In this document: in pieces, positions 52,606 to 62,906 of the stretch
Position numbering within the stretch: the stretch's first letter is position 1
Layout of the letters: every line of letters begins with the position of its first letter
Assembly: GCA_040767225.1 (NCBI GenBank)
Contig: JAXGOY010000004.1
Location: forward strand, 6,180-70,179
DNA length: 64,000 nt
Direction: 5' to 3'
Source of the DNA: Candidatus Dojkabacteria bacterium
GTDB taxonomy: Bacteria; Patescibacteriota; Dojkabacteria; SC72
Made by a program: the position numbers and the translations under genes
Notes under the pieces: generated by a model
The model's input: the letters and a program-made list of their open reading frames with translations, nothing else
Database searches by the model: none
Told to the model about the DNA's origin: nothing

Positions 52606-53098
52606 ATGGAAGAAAAAAATCATCTGGTTTGACTGTCAGGTATTTAGTTTTGTTATTAGCTATAACACTAGTAATGATTATCACTTTCCCAGCAGAGAGG
52701 GACTTTCGGGAGAACTACAATAACTTGGAGTTTTCTTCCTCTATGAGGGGGTGAATTATGAAGTAAGCTTGGTTAACAAAGAGGATCCCGCTGAGTTTTG
52801 TCTCGCAGAGGGTCAAACCAATGATCTGTTGATTATTGGCACTGATTACTTCTCTATAGCTCAGAATGGTCTTGTTATTCATAGTGAAGTTAAAGACAAT
52901 ACTAGGTTGAGATACAAAAGTCTCTCTCTGGCTGTTGAGTGTTATCAGAGAAAAAGATAATCTCAAGATGCGTATCATCAATTTCTCAATGTAGACGTCT
53001 TTTTCAAGACAAGGAATAGTGGACTAGAAACACACTATACAGATGTGTATCAGCAAATATCCAAGTACATCTCAATCTCAGATTTAATAATTACATAG
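52606..53098 (+). pseudogene. Frameshifted membrane-anchored hypothetical protein
   Basis: AAGGAG plus ATG at 52606; TM segment and later fragments spread over ORFs 52536 and 52751. Confidence 0.45.
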
Positions 53099-53185
53099 CA
53101 CTGACGATTGCTGTTATCTTTACATTTAAAGATATATTTGGAGAGTAAGAAAAAGTTCTAGTTTTAAATAAGAAGATGCAAATAA

Positions 53186-53278
53186 AAGCATGGGGTTTGT
53201 AAGAGAAGTATAGAGATGTTGATTAATATCAACTGGAGTTTCTACCTTAAATCTTTATATATTCTAAACCCCATGCTT
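53186..53278. repeat. 13-bp inverted repeat enclosing a foldable core
   Basis: AAGCATGGGGTTT (53186-98)/AAACCCCATGCTT (53266-78). Confidence 0.7.
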
Positions 53279-53473
53279 AAATCCTTATTAAAAATTTACA
53301 CTATACTATTTATCTTTTCTTAAAATTTCTGACAAAACCTCTAAGCTGTGGAGCTATTAGAAAAATATCCAGATATAGAAGTAATCAAAGAAAATAGATT
53401 AAAAACTTTGTTTTTAAAAACAGAGAGACAATATTATGATATTTCTCTTTTCCTTTCTTGTTTGTTGATTTTA

Positions 53474-53947
53474 TTAGAATTCGCTTACCCTCTTAAAGCA
53501 TTTCATATTTTTTAAAGATATCAATTGGAATAATATAGTCACAAGAATAATATACAAACTATATTCCTTAAGAAAATCTAATAGGAAATGTGGTAATACA
53601 GAAGAGAACACACCCATTAGGATACTTGCAGAACAGAAATAACCAGAAGTCCCACATACTTGGAGTGCCATTATCCCTAAACCGCTAGCTATTAGATTAA
53701 TAACGGAGTGAGTAGTCGTTCTAGCTACCTTTATTCTTTCCTTAATATTTCTAACCATGCAAGTCATGTTAAAAGAGAAGACTAATATAAAAACAATGAC
53801 TATTAGATTCCACCAAAACCCGACTAAATGTTTAGGAACTAAGAAGTAACTTAATATTAGAGATAGTAAAAATACAATCTTACAGTATTTACTCTTTAAA
53901 ATTTCTATCAATACAAAATCAAGTTTTACTTTCTCTGGGTGTTTCAT
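53474..53947 (-). CDS. Four-TM membrane protein with intramembrane cysteines
   Basis: Hydrophobic segments; QVCGTSGYFC. Confidence 0.6.
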   Translation of the reverse strand: MKHPEKVKLDFVLIEILKSKYCKIVFLLSLILSYFLVPKHLVGFWWNLIVIVFILVFSFNMTCMVRNIKERIKVARTTTHSVINLIASGLGIMALQVCGTSGYFCSASILMGVFSSVLPHFLLDFLKEYSLYIILVTILFQLISLKNMKCFKRVSEF

Positions 53948-54104
53948 CGCATCTATATAAATAAATATCTTGCAATCATTATATCAAATAATTCCTGGTT
54001 AGAAAGTTGCTACTTGTGATGTCTATAAATAATATATTCTTACAAACCTCATGCTGTTTTTAGTATAATTTTTCAGAATATAAGTATAAAAAGTGTGAGA
54101 TGAT

Positions 54105-55124
54105 ATGAATAATGAACAAACAGATATAGCAGAGAAAATAAAGACATACATAGAAAAAGCAGAAAACATTCTTTTACATTGTCATCCTTTCCCAGATCCT
54201 GACAGTATTGGGTCAGTCTTAGCTATGAAGGAATATCTCGAGAGCAAGGGGAAAGCAGTTACTGCCATTATTGGGGATTCTAAGTACCCAGAGAATCTTA
54301 GCAATCTTCAAATTGAAAAGAAGATACTTCCTAAAAACTTTTTCGAGATAGATAGTAAGAAGTATGATCTCTTTTTAATCTTAGATAGTTCTTCTAAAAC
54401 ACAGATTTCTAGAATAGGAGAAGTGAATTTCCCAAAAGGAATGAATACAGTAGTTATTGATCATCATAGAACTAATGAAAAATTTGGTGATGTAAATCTA
54501 ATCATAGGTAATTATGCATCAACAACACAAATTATTTATGAGTTATTTAAACAATGGGAAGTGAATATATCAAAAGATATGGCATTGTATCTCTTTCTGG
54601 GTTTGTTTGCAGATACAGGAGGGTTTAAGTATTTAAATAGTACACCAGAAGTATTACAAATGGGAGCAGAGCTATCTCTTATCAATCCCAATTATCATAA
54701 GCTAGTTTTTGACTTAGAGAATAGTAGGAAACCAATAGAAATAGAAATGATGGCATTGGCATTGTCATCGATTCAGAAATATATTAATGGGAAGGTTGTT
54801 TTTACAGTAATCCCCTTTGAAGAAATTGTAAAGAGGGAATTAGATGAATCGTCTGCAATTGAAGGATTAGTTCCTGAGATATTACGCTCTGTATTGGGAT
54901 GGGAAATTGTAGCTAGCTTGGTAGAAGTAGAAAAGGGGAAAACTTTTGTAAGCTTAAGAACAAGAGATGAAGAAAAGTATGATATGAGTAAAATAGCTTC
55001 TATTGTAGGTAAAAATGGAGGAGGTCATCCAGGTGCTGCTGGGACCACTATTATGAAGAGTGCTCAAGCTGCAGTAAAAGAGTTACTACAAGCGATTAAG
55101 AAATTGTATGGTGATAAGTTATAA
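54105..55124 (+). CDS. DHH/DHHA1 phosphoesterase (NrnA-like)
   Basis: HPFPDPDSIGS, IDHH, DTGGF, GGGHPGAAG. Confidence 0.92.
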   Translation: MNNEQTDIAEKIKTYIEKAENILLHCHPFPDPDSIGSVLAMKEYLESKGKAVTAIIGDSKYPENLSNLQIEKKILPKNFFEIDSKKYDLFLILDSSSKTQISRIGEVNFPKGMNTVVIDHHRTNEKFGDVNLIIGNYASTTQIIYELFKQWEVNISKDMALYLFLGLFADTGGFKYLNSTPEVLQMGAELSLINPNYHKLVFDLENSRKPIEIEMMALALSSIQKYINGKVVFTVIPFEEIVKRELDESSAIEGLVPEILRSVLGWEIVASLVEVEKGKTFVSLRTRDEEKYDMSKIASIVGKNGGGHPGAAGTTIMKSAQAAVKELLQAIKKLYGDKL

Positions 55125-55296
55125 AGATTTATGATCTCATAAGTATTTGTAGTTAATAAGACATCTCCCTTCTTGAATATGGTATTGTTATCTCTTCTGT
55201 TAAATCTTCTCACTTTTATTATCTACTTAATTTAAAACCTCATACACTATGTATTATTTGTTAAGATTTAACAAGGAAAACGAATATTTCTTAATA

Positions 55297-55710
55297 CTAC
55301 AATACTTTGTTAAGGGTATCTATTATTTCTATTTTAGAGGGTATTAACTCCTTTATTTTCTTAAAATTCTTTTTATCTCTAGTTAGAATGTAATCACAAT
55401 TTTGATCTAGAGCAGAGTAGTACTGTAGAGTGTCTTCAAAATCAATTGAGAAGTTATTTAAGGACTGGTTAATAATTTCTTGGGAAAGGGGGACTAGATT
55501 GATTCTATTGATTAATGCCATAGATCTTCTATGCATAGATGTATTAGGCTTAATTTTAAGAATGTAATATGTAATATGTACCGAAAGAGTAGACATATAT
55601 ACTTGAGATTGTTTGAGAAAAGGAGTTATTTTATTAATAGAGATATGTTCTAAGTCTCTATCTAAAAGGATATCTATTAATATGTTTGTATCTAAATATA
55701 CCTTCTTCAT
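55297..55710 (-). CDS. PIN-domain toxin (VapC-like)
   Basis: VYLDTNILID, DFEDTLQY, ILTRD..F. Confidence 0.9.
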   Translation of the reverse strand: MKKVYLDTNILIDILLDRDLEHISINKITPFLKQSQVYMSTLSVHITYYILKIKPNTSMHRRSMALINRINLVPLSQEIINQSLNNFSIDFEDTLQYYSALDQNCDYILTRDKKNFKKIKELIPSKIEIIDTLNKVL

Positions 55711-56003
55711 CTTAGATGTTTCTTTTCCATAGCTTTTCTATACTCTTTATCATAGTCAAAAGTCTTTTTTTTCTTTTTGCTCATGTGAACACATCCGATT
55801 GCTTCAGTAAGTATCCTTTCTATCTCCTCTGTGCTTTTTGTTTTCTTATCAACTTTCACCTCATATTCAGAAGGTATGAAATATGCTAATGTTTTACCCC
55901 TATCTATTACCTCATATGCTTGTCCAGCATTAAGAGAATCTTTTAGTTGGGTAAGATTTTGTCTAAAATTTCTTAAGTTTATTTTCTTGTATTCAATGTT
56001 CAT
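55707..56003 (-). CDS. Phd/YefM-like antitoxin
   Basis: INLRNFRQNL...YEVIDRGKTLAYFIP; ATGA overlap with the PIN gene. Confidence 0.8.
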   Translation of the reverse strand: MNIEYKKINLRNFRQNLTQLKDSLNAGQAYEVIDRGKTLAYFIPSEYEVKVDKKTKSTEEIERILTEAIGCVHMSKKKKKTFDYDKEYRKAMEKKHLR

Positions 56004-56044
56004 ATGTTAAACATTAGTTTAACATTCGTGGTGCTAATAGTCAA
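56004..56044 (-). promoter_or_regulatory. TA operon promoter with palindromic operator
   Basis: Minus strand TTGACT-17-TAAACT; perfect IR ATGTTAAAC-atta-GTTTAACAT (56004-25) overlaps the -10. Confidence 0.7.
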
Positions 56045-56165
56045 GAATATTTTTGTTAAATAATTATAGCTAAGTGAATATATAAAAATATTGAAACTTT
56101 ACTCCTGTTGTGTTACCTTTTAAATAGGATAGTTTATTATTGATTAAATTTAATATCTTTAATAA

Positions 56166-57073
56166 ATGGAAGAGATTATACAGCCAGCTAATGGGCAAGT
56201 AACAGATGAGACACCCAAAGAACCAATGAAGGGGAAAAAGGAATCAAAGAAGGTTATTTGGATTCTCCTCGTTATTATTTTTTTCCTACTTGCAGGAATG
56301 GTATATTTCTATATCAAAAGTAATGAGAATGTAACTCCACCAAATGTAGAAGAAAAAGAGACTATAGAAGAAGAACCAGAAGTTGAGGATAATAGCAATG
56401 TGACTTCTCCAGATGTAGAAGAAAAAGAAACTGTTGAAGAAGAACCAAAGGATAATAATGATAATGATGAAGAGAAAGACAAAACAGAAGATAATGAATT
56501 TGGATACAACTTCCCAGAGGGGTATACAGTCAGTAAGGAAAGTTGTAATACTGAAAATGCCCTAAGCAGCCTAAGTGTCACGGATTGTGTTGAAGTTTAT
56601 AAAATACAACCAGCTAACTATACTGCTCTTGAGAAAAATATCTTTTAAGTGCATCTGTTATTGTTTTTAGCAGACCAAATAATGTTGTAATACCAGGACA
56701 GATGACTCAGACAAGATACGATTCTCAATTAAAAAAATGGGTTTTTGAGGATGGAAATGGTGAGTTAAAGGTTTTGCCTGAAAGAATAGAGAATTCAAAT
56801 ATTATAGTTGAAACTTCTCAAGAAGGTAGCCAGAGAGGTTGGGATGATATAATTATTAGTAAGCCTAACACTTCTTCCTTACTTATACTCTCTATACCAA
56901 AATATCATAGGATAGTATGTGATTATGCTGGTCAACCCACAGCTGAGAAAACTGAGTGTGAAAGATTTTTGGCTTCTCTTGGTCTTAACCCAGAAGATGC
57001 AGGATGGTTACCAGGATCAATATATCAAACAGCATACTCTAGTTTAAGGAGTAATGCTTCAACAATTTGGTAG
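56166..57073 (+). CDS. Single-TM exported protein with duplicated acidic linker, probably one gene split by a frameshift near 56645
   Basis: TM segment; NVTPPNVEEKETIEEEP/NVTSPDVEEKETVEEEP repeat; second frame continues to 57073. Confidence 0.6.
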
Positions 57074-57125
57074 CTTTGATTTAGTAGTAAAATATTTTCG
57101 AAGCAAAGAGTATAATCAATTTACT

Positions 57126-57902
57126 ATGGCAATATATTCATATACTCTTAAAATACTTCAAGGTACATCTGAATATGTATTAAAAGAGTTAAAAGAGAAA
57201 TATCCCAATATACAAATTGTAAAAGTAGGTAAAGCTGAGATACTCTTTAATTCTGATGTAGAGGATATAAACAGCTTTAGAAATCTTTACTCTCCGACAT
57301 ATATAGAAGATAGTGATGGGAGAATATTAAATCTTTCTAAAAGAGAATGGAGAAAAGAATATGTTCCAGCAGGTATTAATCCTTCTTTAGCATATATACT
57401 TTGTATGGTAGCTGATTTAAGGGAAGAAGATATTGTATATGATCCTTTCTGTGGAGCTGGTGTAATACCAATTACAGCATTGAAACATTTTAATGTTAAG
57501 AGAGTGATATGTAGTGATATAAGTGGCAAGGCAGTTGAAAAAAGTGAGATAAATTTTAAAGCAGCATGTATTGATAAAAGTAGATACAGATTATTTAGAA
57601 GTGATATTAGGGATATTAGATTGAATAAAAGGAATGTTGATAAGATAGTAAGTAATCTTCCTTTTGGTATTAGAGTAGGTGAGCATAATGATAATAAAGA
57701 GATATATTTATCTTTAGAAAAAGTTGCTGAAAGAGTTTTGAGAAAGAAAGGTTTGTTAGTGCTTCTTACTCAGGAGAAGAAATTGTTAAGAGAGGTGTTT
57801 AGTAAAGAGAATTGGAATGTAAAAAGCGTATTAAGGGTTAACGAGGGAGGGTTATTACCAGAGGTATTTGTTATTGAGAGGAGGAATAGTAATTATTTGT
57901 AA
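57126..57902 (+). CDS. RNA m2G-type methyltransferase (UPF0020/Trm14-like)
   Basis: INPSLAY, YDPFCGAGVI, SNLPFG. Confidence 0.85.
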   Translation: MAIYSYTLKILQGTSEYVLKELKEKYPNIQIVKVGKAEILFNSDVEDINSFRNLYSPTYIEDSDGRILNLSKREWRKEYVPAGINPSLAYILCMVADLREEDIVYDPFCGAGVIPITALKHFNVKRVICSDISGKAVEKSEINFKAACIDKSRYRLFRSDIRDIRLNKRNVDKIVSNLPFGIRVGEHNDNKEIYLSLEKVAERVLRKKGLLVLLTQEKKLLREVFSKENWNVKSVLRVNEGGLLPEVFVIERRNSNYL

Positions 57903-57973
57903 ATGGGTAAAGAAGAATTAGAGCTGATTATGAGGGCAGGGCAAAAGGGGTGTAAAAAAGATATATATAGAAA

Positions 57974-58034
57974 GAGGGTGTGAATTAGAAGATTTAAAGT
58001 GTTCTTTTTGGAACAAATCAATAATAGTAAGGGA
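57974..58034 (+). repeat. ~60-bp dispersed repeat, copy 1 (copy 2 at 62907-62968)
   Basis: GAGGGTGTGAATTAGAAGATT(T)AAAGTGTTCTTTTTGGAACAA(A/C)TCAATAAT shared. Confidence 0.85.
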
Positions 58035-58228
58035 AATAGGACTCTCATAAAGTATACTAAAAGTATACTAAATCATTTATTTAACAATGGATTTTACTTA
58101 CTTTAACATACTTTTGAGGTTTAATGATAATCTTTTGTGTATTAAAATAGTTATTAGAAATACTTGCACAATTAATAAGTATATGATATTCTGTTTCTAT
58201 AACATACGGAAAAGCGTATGCTACAGAA

Positions 58229-58843
58229 ATGAAGTATATAGATATACAAAACAATTTAAGAAGTTTAGGAGTATTTACACTAAATGATATTAGAATGCTA
58301 GATCCTGAATTTAGGGAACCAACACTAAACGATTGGTTAAATAATGGCTGGATAAAAAGAATTAGAAGATTCTGGTACGCAGACTCTAGTTTTAATCCAG
58401 AAGGCTATGACTATTTCTTTATTGCAAACAAAATATATTCTCCCTCATATATATCCCTTGAAAGTGCTTTGAGTCACTATGGCTTTATTCCTGAAACTAC
58501 TATACAAATAACTTCTGTTTCAACAAGAAAGACCAATCTTTTTGATACTCAGTTTGGAGTATTCTCTTACAAAAGTATTAAAAACAATCTCTTCTTCGGA
58601 TATGAAGTTATAGAAAACAAAGGAAGACCATTTTCATTAGCTACTTCTGAGAAGGCAATTTTAGATTATCTCTATCTTCATTCTGAAATCTCAAATATAG
58701 AGGATTTTGAGGGGTTAAGGTTTAACAAGGAAATAATAAAGAGTAGTATTAATAGAGAAAAAATTAATACCTACCTTAATCAATTTGATAATCTAGAATT
58801 AAATAATAGATATAACTTGTTACTAAAGTATCTCAATGCTTAG
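58229..58843 (+). CDS. AbiEi-family antitoxin (type IV TA)
   Basis: wHTH N-terminus, PSYISLESALSHYGFIPE, EKAILDYLY; IR CATACG-N6-CGTATG upstream (58203-20). Confidence 0.88.
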   Translation: MKYIDIQNNLRSLGVFTLNDIRMLDPEFREPTLNDWLNNGWIKRIRRFWYADSSFNPEGYDYFFIANKIYSPSYISLESALSHYGFIPETTIQITSVSTRKTNLFDTQFGVFSYKSIKNNLFFGYEVIENKGRPFSLATSEKAILDYLYLHSEISNIEDFEGLRFNKEIIKSSINREKINTYLNQFDNLELNNRYNLLLKYLNA

Positions 58844-59615
58844 TATAGAAGAAATAAAGAAACAGTATCCAAGTGATATACATAAGTTTGAAAGAGGCTT
58901 ACTAAGAGAGTACTTACAGTTTCTAATATTAGAAATTATATTTAGCTCTGATGTTTCTACTAAGTTGTCTTTTCTAGGTGGTACATGTCTAAGAATCGTT
59001 TATGGTATTAAAAGATTTTCAGAAGATTTAGACTTCGATAATAAGAAACTTTCTTCAAAAGAATTTGTAGCCCTTGCTAACAAGATAGAGTTAGAGCTAC
59101 AACGACAGGGTTTTGATGTAGAAACAAGTGTAACTGCAAAGAAGGCTATTCATTGTCATGTAAAGTTCTCTAATATACTTTTTGAAAATAAGTTAAGTGA
59201 GATTAAAACAGAAAAGATAGATATACAGATAGATACATTTGATCAGGGATATGAATACAAACCAGAATTGTATCTTTTAAATAAGTTTAATGTGTTTAAG
59301 CAGATAAGGATAACTCCTAAAGAAATAATTCTTTCTCAAAAGTTGTGGACTATTACACAACGAAGTAAAGCAAAAGGAAGAGATTTCTATGATATTATTT
59401 TCCTATTACAGAATACTAGCCTGATATGGGGTTTCTAAATTTGAAATTTGGGACATCTAATTGGAATGAAGCCAGAGAAAAAGATTTTGAAGGGTATAAG
59501 GGATATTAATTTAGATTCTATGGTAAAAGATGTTCAGCCTTTCTTAATAGATATTAAGGAGGGTGAGAAGATTAAATATTTTAGAGATTATTTAAAACAG
59601 ATAGAGATTTATTAA
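58836..59615 (+). CDS. AbiEii-family nucleotidyltransferase toxin, C-terminus frameshifted
   Basis: FLGGTCLRIVYGIKRFSEDLDF, KGRDFYD; coding-like sequence continues past 59438 to TAA 59613-15. Confidence 0.88.
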
Positions 59616-59838
59616 TTGTAAAGTTAATTGTCAAGTTATTTGACAATATGAAATTACTACCCACAAAAGACATAGTAGGGTAAACGTATCAAGGAACAAA
59701 GTGATCTTTGAGTATAGTTTACAGGTCTATAAGGAACCAGAGGGTAATTGCGGGACATACATGTCTGGAAAATAAAATGAGACAAAAGAGACAGTATAAA
59801 AAGGAAGATAAAATGTCTCATTCTTGATATAATAATGT

Positions 59839-60582
59839 ATGGAAACAATAATACCTGAAATATCTCAGAGTGCGATATATGAATATAATCATTATATTCA
59901 ATCTCAGAAAGAAGAGGGCTATGGAAAGCAGTATAGCTTTGAAAAGCTAGGGATAGAAGATTGGTCAATAGTTGAGTTAGATGCTAATGATATCCTAAAA
60001 CTACAAACATTTGTAGAGTCTTCTCAAACTGTAGCTCCTGCATATATATTTTGGAAAGAGTGTGGGAGGCATGTGACTTTGGAAGGTGTTGCAAGAGAAG
60101 TTCTTGAAAGGGAAGAGAATATTCCTCAGGAGGCGAGAATATGGGTAAAGAATATATTGAAATCTGATTTTGACAAACAGAAGGTTGAAGAAAAGATAAA
60201 GAATGGTGAAATAGATCCTCCATTAATATTTTTTCCTGTATTTAAAGGGGAGGAATTAGAAAAAGGGTTGCTAAAAGTTGGAAACATCCTAGACGGTAAT
60301 AATAGATTGCGAGAAGTTGCTAGGTATTTATTGGAATGTAGTGAAGAAGAAAGAGAGGTTTTTAGATTGACATGCTTTTTAGGAAAGGTGGATGTTATGA
60401 AATATGCAACAATTAACGCACAATATTTTGCAAAACCTACTGTTAAAAAAGTGCAAGTATTTTTGCAGAGATTTATGGGAAAGGATGTAGAAAAAATTGA
60501 TAAAAGACATTTTATGACATTTTTTGAGAGATGGTATTTATTATTACAAAGGATTGGGTATTATAAAGATAAAAGTGAGTAA
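59839..60582 (+). CDS. Hypothetical protein with ParB/Srx-like motif
   Basis: DPPLIF...NILDGNNRL. Confidence 0.5.
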   Translation: METIIPEISQSAIYEYNHYIQSQKEEGYGKQYSFEKLGIEDWSIVELDANDILKLQTFVESSQTVAPAYIFWKECGRHVTLEGVAREVLEREENIPQEARIWVKNILKSDFDKQKVEEKIKNGEIDPPLIFFPVFKGEELEKGLLKVGNILDGNNRLREVARYLLECSEEEREVFRLTCFLGKVDVMKYATINAQYFAKPTVKKVQVFLQRFMGKDVEKIDKRHFMTFFERWYLLLQRIGYYKDKSE

Positions 60583-60742
60583 TTGTTTTTATGTGGTAGT
60601 CTTATTAGTAGCTCTTTTTTATTCCTCTACTGGACCCTGTTTTTAAGTAATTCCTTCTTAAGAGCAAAATAACTCAGTTTCCATAAGTATAAAAAACAAG
60701 GGAAATACATTTATTAAAAGATTCTGTAATCTTTCATAAAAA

Positions 60743-61645
60743 TTAATACTGCATATAGATTAAAGTTTTCTCTTTATTTGCTTCTCCTCTATCACCTAAT
60801 AATTCCATTATTTTACTTCTCATTTGATATTGAAAATAGAAGGATGAAGTTACATTTTGTACAAACCAATTAATAAAACCTTTATCTCTTAATACAGGAA
60901 TCATTCCATCTGAGAATAAGAGAATATAATCATTTTTCTTTAATTTAACAGAGTGTGTTTGAATAAATTCCTCTGCTTCTTTTTCTCCTGTAAAACAGCC
61001 CCATCCTACAAGATTACCTTCTTCATCAAGAGCATTTTTATTGTTTCTAAGGTAATTACACCAGCAGGGTTCCCATTGATTTTCTTTTTTTAATTTATTA
61101 ATCAATTCTTTAGGAATATAATCTTTTAATTTATCCTCAATAGAGAGTTTGTCTATATATTTACTAGCTTTAACTATCTGATAGTTCCATTTCGCAATAT
61201 TCTCTAAGTTTTTTCCTCGAAGTACATTAACATAGCAGTCTTCTAAACCACCGTAATACAATGTATGATCTTTGATTAAAGCACCAATGCCGACTGTTTC
61301 TGCTAAATCATAATTTAATGGGTCATTAAACTTTTTACCCAGTTGGATATTTAATTTTTTTATATCCTCATTAGATTTAATTAGTACATCTTTCAATGTT
61401 TTTAAAGAAAAGTCTTCTGAAGATAATTGAGTTTTACAGTGCTTAATAAAGCTTTCACAAAATGTACTTGCAGCTTCATAGCCATAATCATCAAATGGAT
61501 ACTGTTTTGTGTCGCGAATTAAACAACGGAGAGGAGAATCTGCTACTGCAAAGATTTTTAAATCATGATCTATACTCCATGCATCTCCTGTCTTTGTAAA
61601 AGAGGCTTTCCCAGAAGCATTCTCATGGTAAACAAAAGTTTTCAT
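60743..61645 (-). CDS. PP2C-like phosphatase-fold protein
   Basis: GDA, IFAVADS, GLEDC, ILLFSDGM. Confidence 0.7.
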   Translation of the reverse strand: MKTFVYHENASGKASFTKTGDAWSIDHDLKIFAVADSPLRCLIRDTKQYPFDDYGYEAASTFCESFIKHCKTQLSSEDFSLKTLKDVLIKSNEDIKKLNIQLGKKFNDPLNYDLAETVGIGALIKDHTLYYGGLEDCYVNVLRGKNLENIAKWNYQIVKASKYIDKLSIEDKLKDYIPKELINKLKKENQWEPCWCNYLRNNKNALDEEGNLVGWGCFTGEKEAEEFIQTHSVKLKKNDYILLFSDGMIPVLRDKGFINWFVQNVTSSFYFQYQMRSKIMELLGDRGEANKEKTLIYMQY

Positions 61646-61695
61646 ATGTTATTCTATCATAAAAGTATTTTAGCTTCGAACCAAAAGATCTTAAA

Positions 61696-61878
61696 AATAT
61701 CTCTTCTCCTATCTCCTCATTAAACCCAGAGAAAGTCATTCCCCCAACAAATATGATAGGGTAGTAATCATTGCTATCAGAAACTCCCTCACTTTTTGAA
61801 ACATTTCCTTTATATGCATTTAACTGTGTCCCAAAATCTGTATCAGTAGTAAGATGTTTTATATATTCGATATTGTTC
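61696..61878 (-). pseudogene. Partial duplicate of the 3' end of the 63006 gene
   Basis: 183-bp ungapped match to 63022-63204 with 12 mismatches. Confidence 0.85.
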
Positions 61879-62061
61879 AAACCGATTAAACTGTGGGAAA
61901 GTGAGAAATTGGCTTTAAAGATATTGAATAAAAAGGTGAATGAGGGACAAAAGAGAATAATTGTGTCTTTATTAAATATCCAGATATAGAGGGATGATAT
62001 TGATTGACAAAGTATTATTATCTTGTGATAATTGAAGAATTAATTTCAAAATATTATTTCT

Positions 62062-62637
62062 ATGTTTAGAAAAATAGCGAGTATGTCAGCAGTAGTTATT
62101 TTATTGCTCCTTTCATTTAATACATATTCTCAAGCTAGGGAGAGAAGTATGTTAGCTCAAACTTTTACAGAAGAGGAGGTAAATCAACAAATGGAAGAGA
62201 CCACGATATTCTTTGAAGAGGCTCAAGAGGAAATCCAGGAGAATTTAGATACAATTATTGAAGAGCAACAGCAAGAAGAAACTTCTGATACTTTTGAAGA
62301 GCAAGAAGAGATAGTTCGTGATTTTTTTGAAGAAACAGAGGAAGAAATTGATGAGCAAAGAAACTTGATTGAAAGGATGTCAGCAGGTATATTTCTTGGA
62401 GCTACATCGGTAATTGTTTTGATAGGACTGTACTTATTGGCCGGAATAATAGTAAATGTTGTAATGCTTATGGATTGTTTAAAGAGGGATTTTAAGGACA
62501 GGACTATGTGGATTATTATTCTAGTAGTAGGGACATTACTAGGATTTGGTGCAATTCCCGGAGTACTGTATTACTTTCTCGTTAAAAAGAAATTAGAAAC
62601 TGGAGAGAAGGAAGAGAAGGAAGAGAAGGAAGAATAG
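62062..62637 (+). CDS. Membrane protein with PLDc_N-like hairpin (paralog of 38265-38762)
   Basis: Signal peptide, Glu-rich helix, MLMDCLKRDFKDRTMW...YYFLVKKK. Confidence 0.7.
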   Translation: MFRKIASMSAVVILLLLSFNTYSQARERSMLAQTFTEEEVNQQMEETTIFFEEAQEEIQENLDTIIEEQQQEETSDTFEEQEEIVRDFFEETEEEIDEQRNLIERMSAGIFLGATSVIVLIGLYLLAGIIVNVVMLMDCLKRDFKDRTMWIIILVVGTLLGFGAIPGVLYYFLVKKKLETGEKEEKEEKEE

Positions 62638-62662
62638 GTATTAAATTGAATGAATGAATATG

Positions 62663-62688
62663 AAGGGACTCATAAAGAGTCCCTTTTT
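62663..62688 (+). terminator. Intrinsic terminator
   Basis: AAGGGACTC-ataaa-GAGTCCCTT followed by TTT. Confidence 0.8.
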
Positions 62689-62906
62689 AATATTTCTATT
62701 TTAAAAATTTCCTTAAAGGTAAATGCCATCCGTGGGTTATAACTTACTCTCTTAATTTCAACTATTTTAACAATATCAAGAGAAGGCTTTGCCAGCGAGC
62801 CAGTTACTACTGTAGGTCTAAAGTCATCGTTATGTTTGTACTGTGATTACTAGGTTCTAATGCTCTGTTTGTTCAGTTTAATATGTCTGCTCCTACTGTA
62901 ATTGAG

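Noticed and set aside
56328-56450. Tandem ~54-bp repeat as CRISPR or DGR repeat
   Set aside because: Two in-frame copies encoding an acidic linker; no spacers and no adenine bias.
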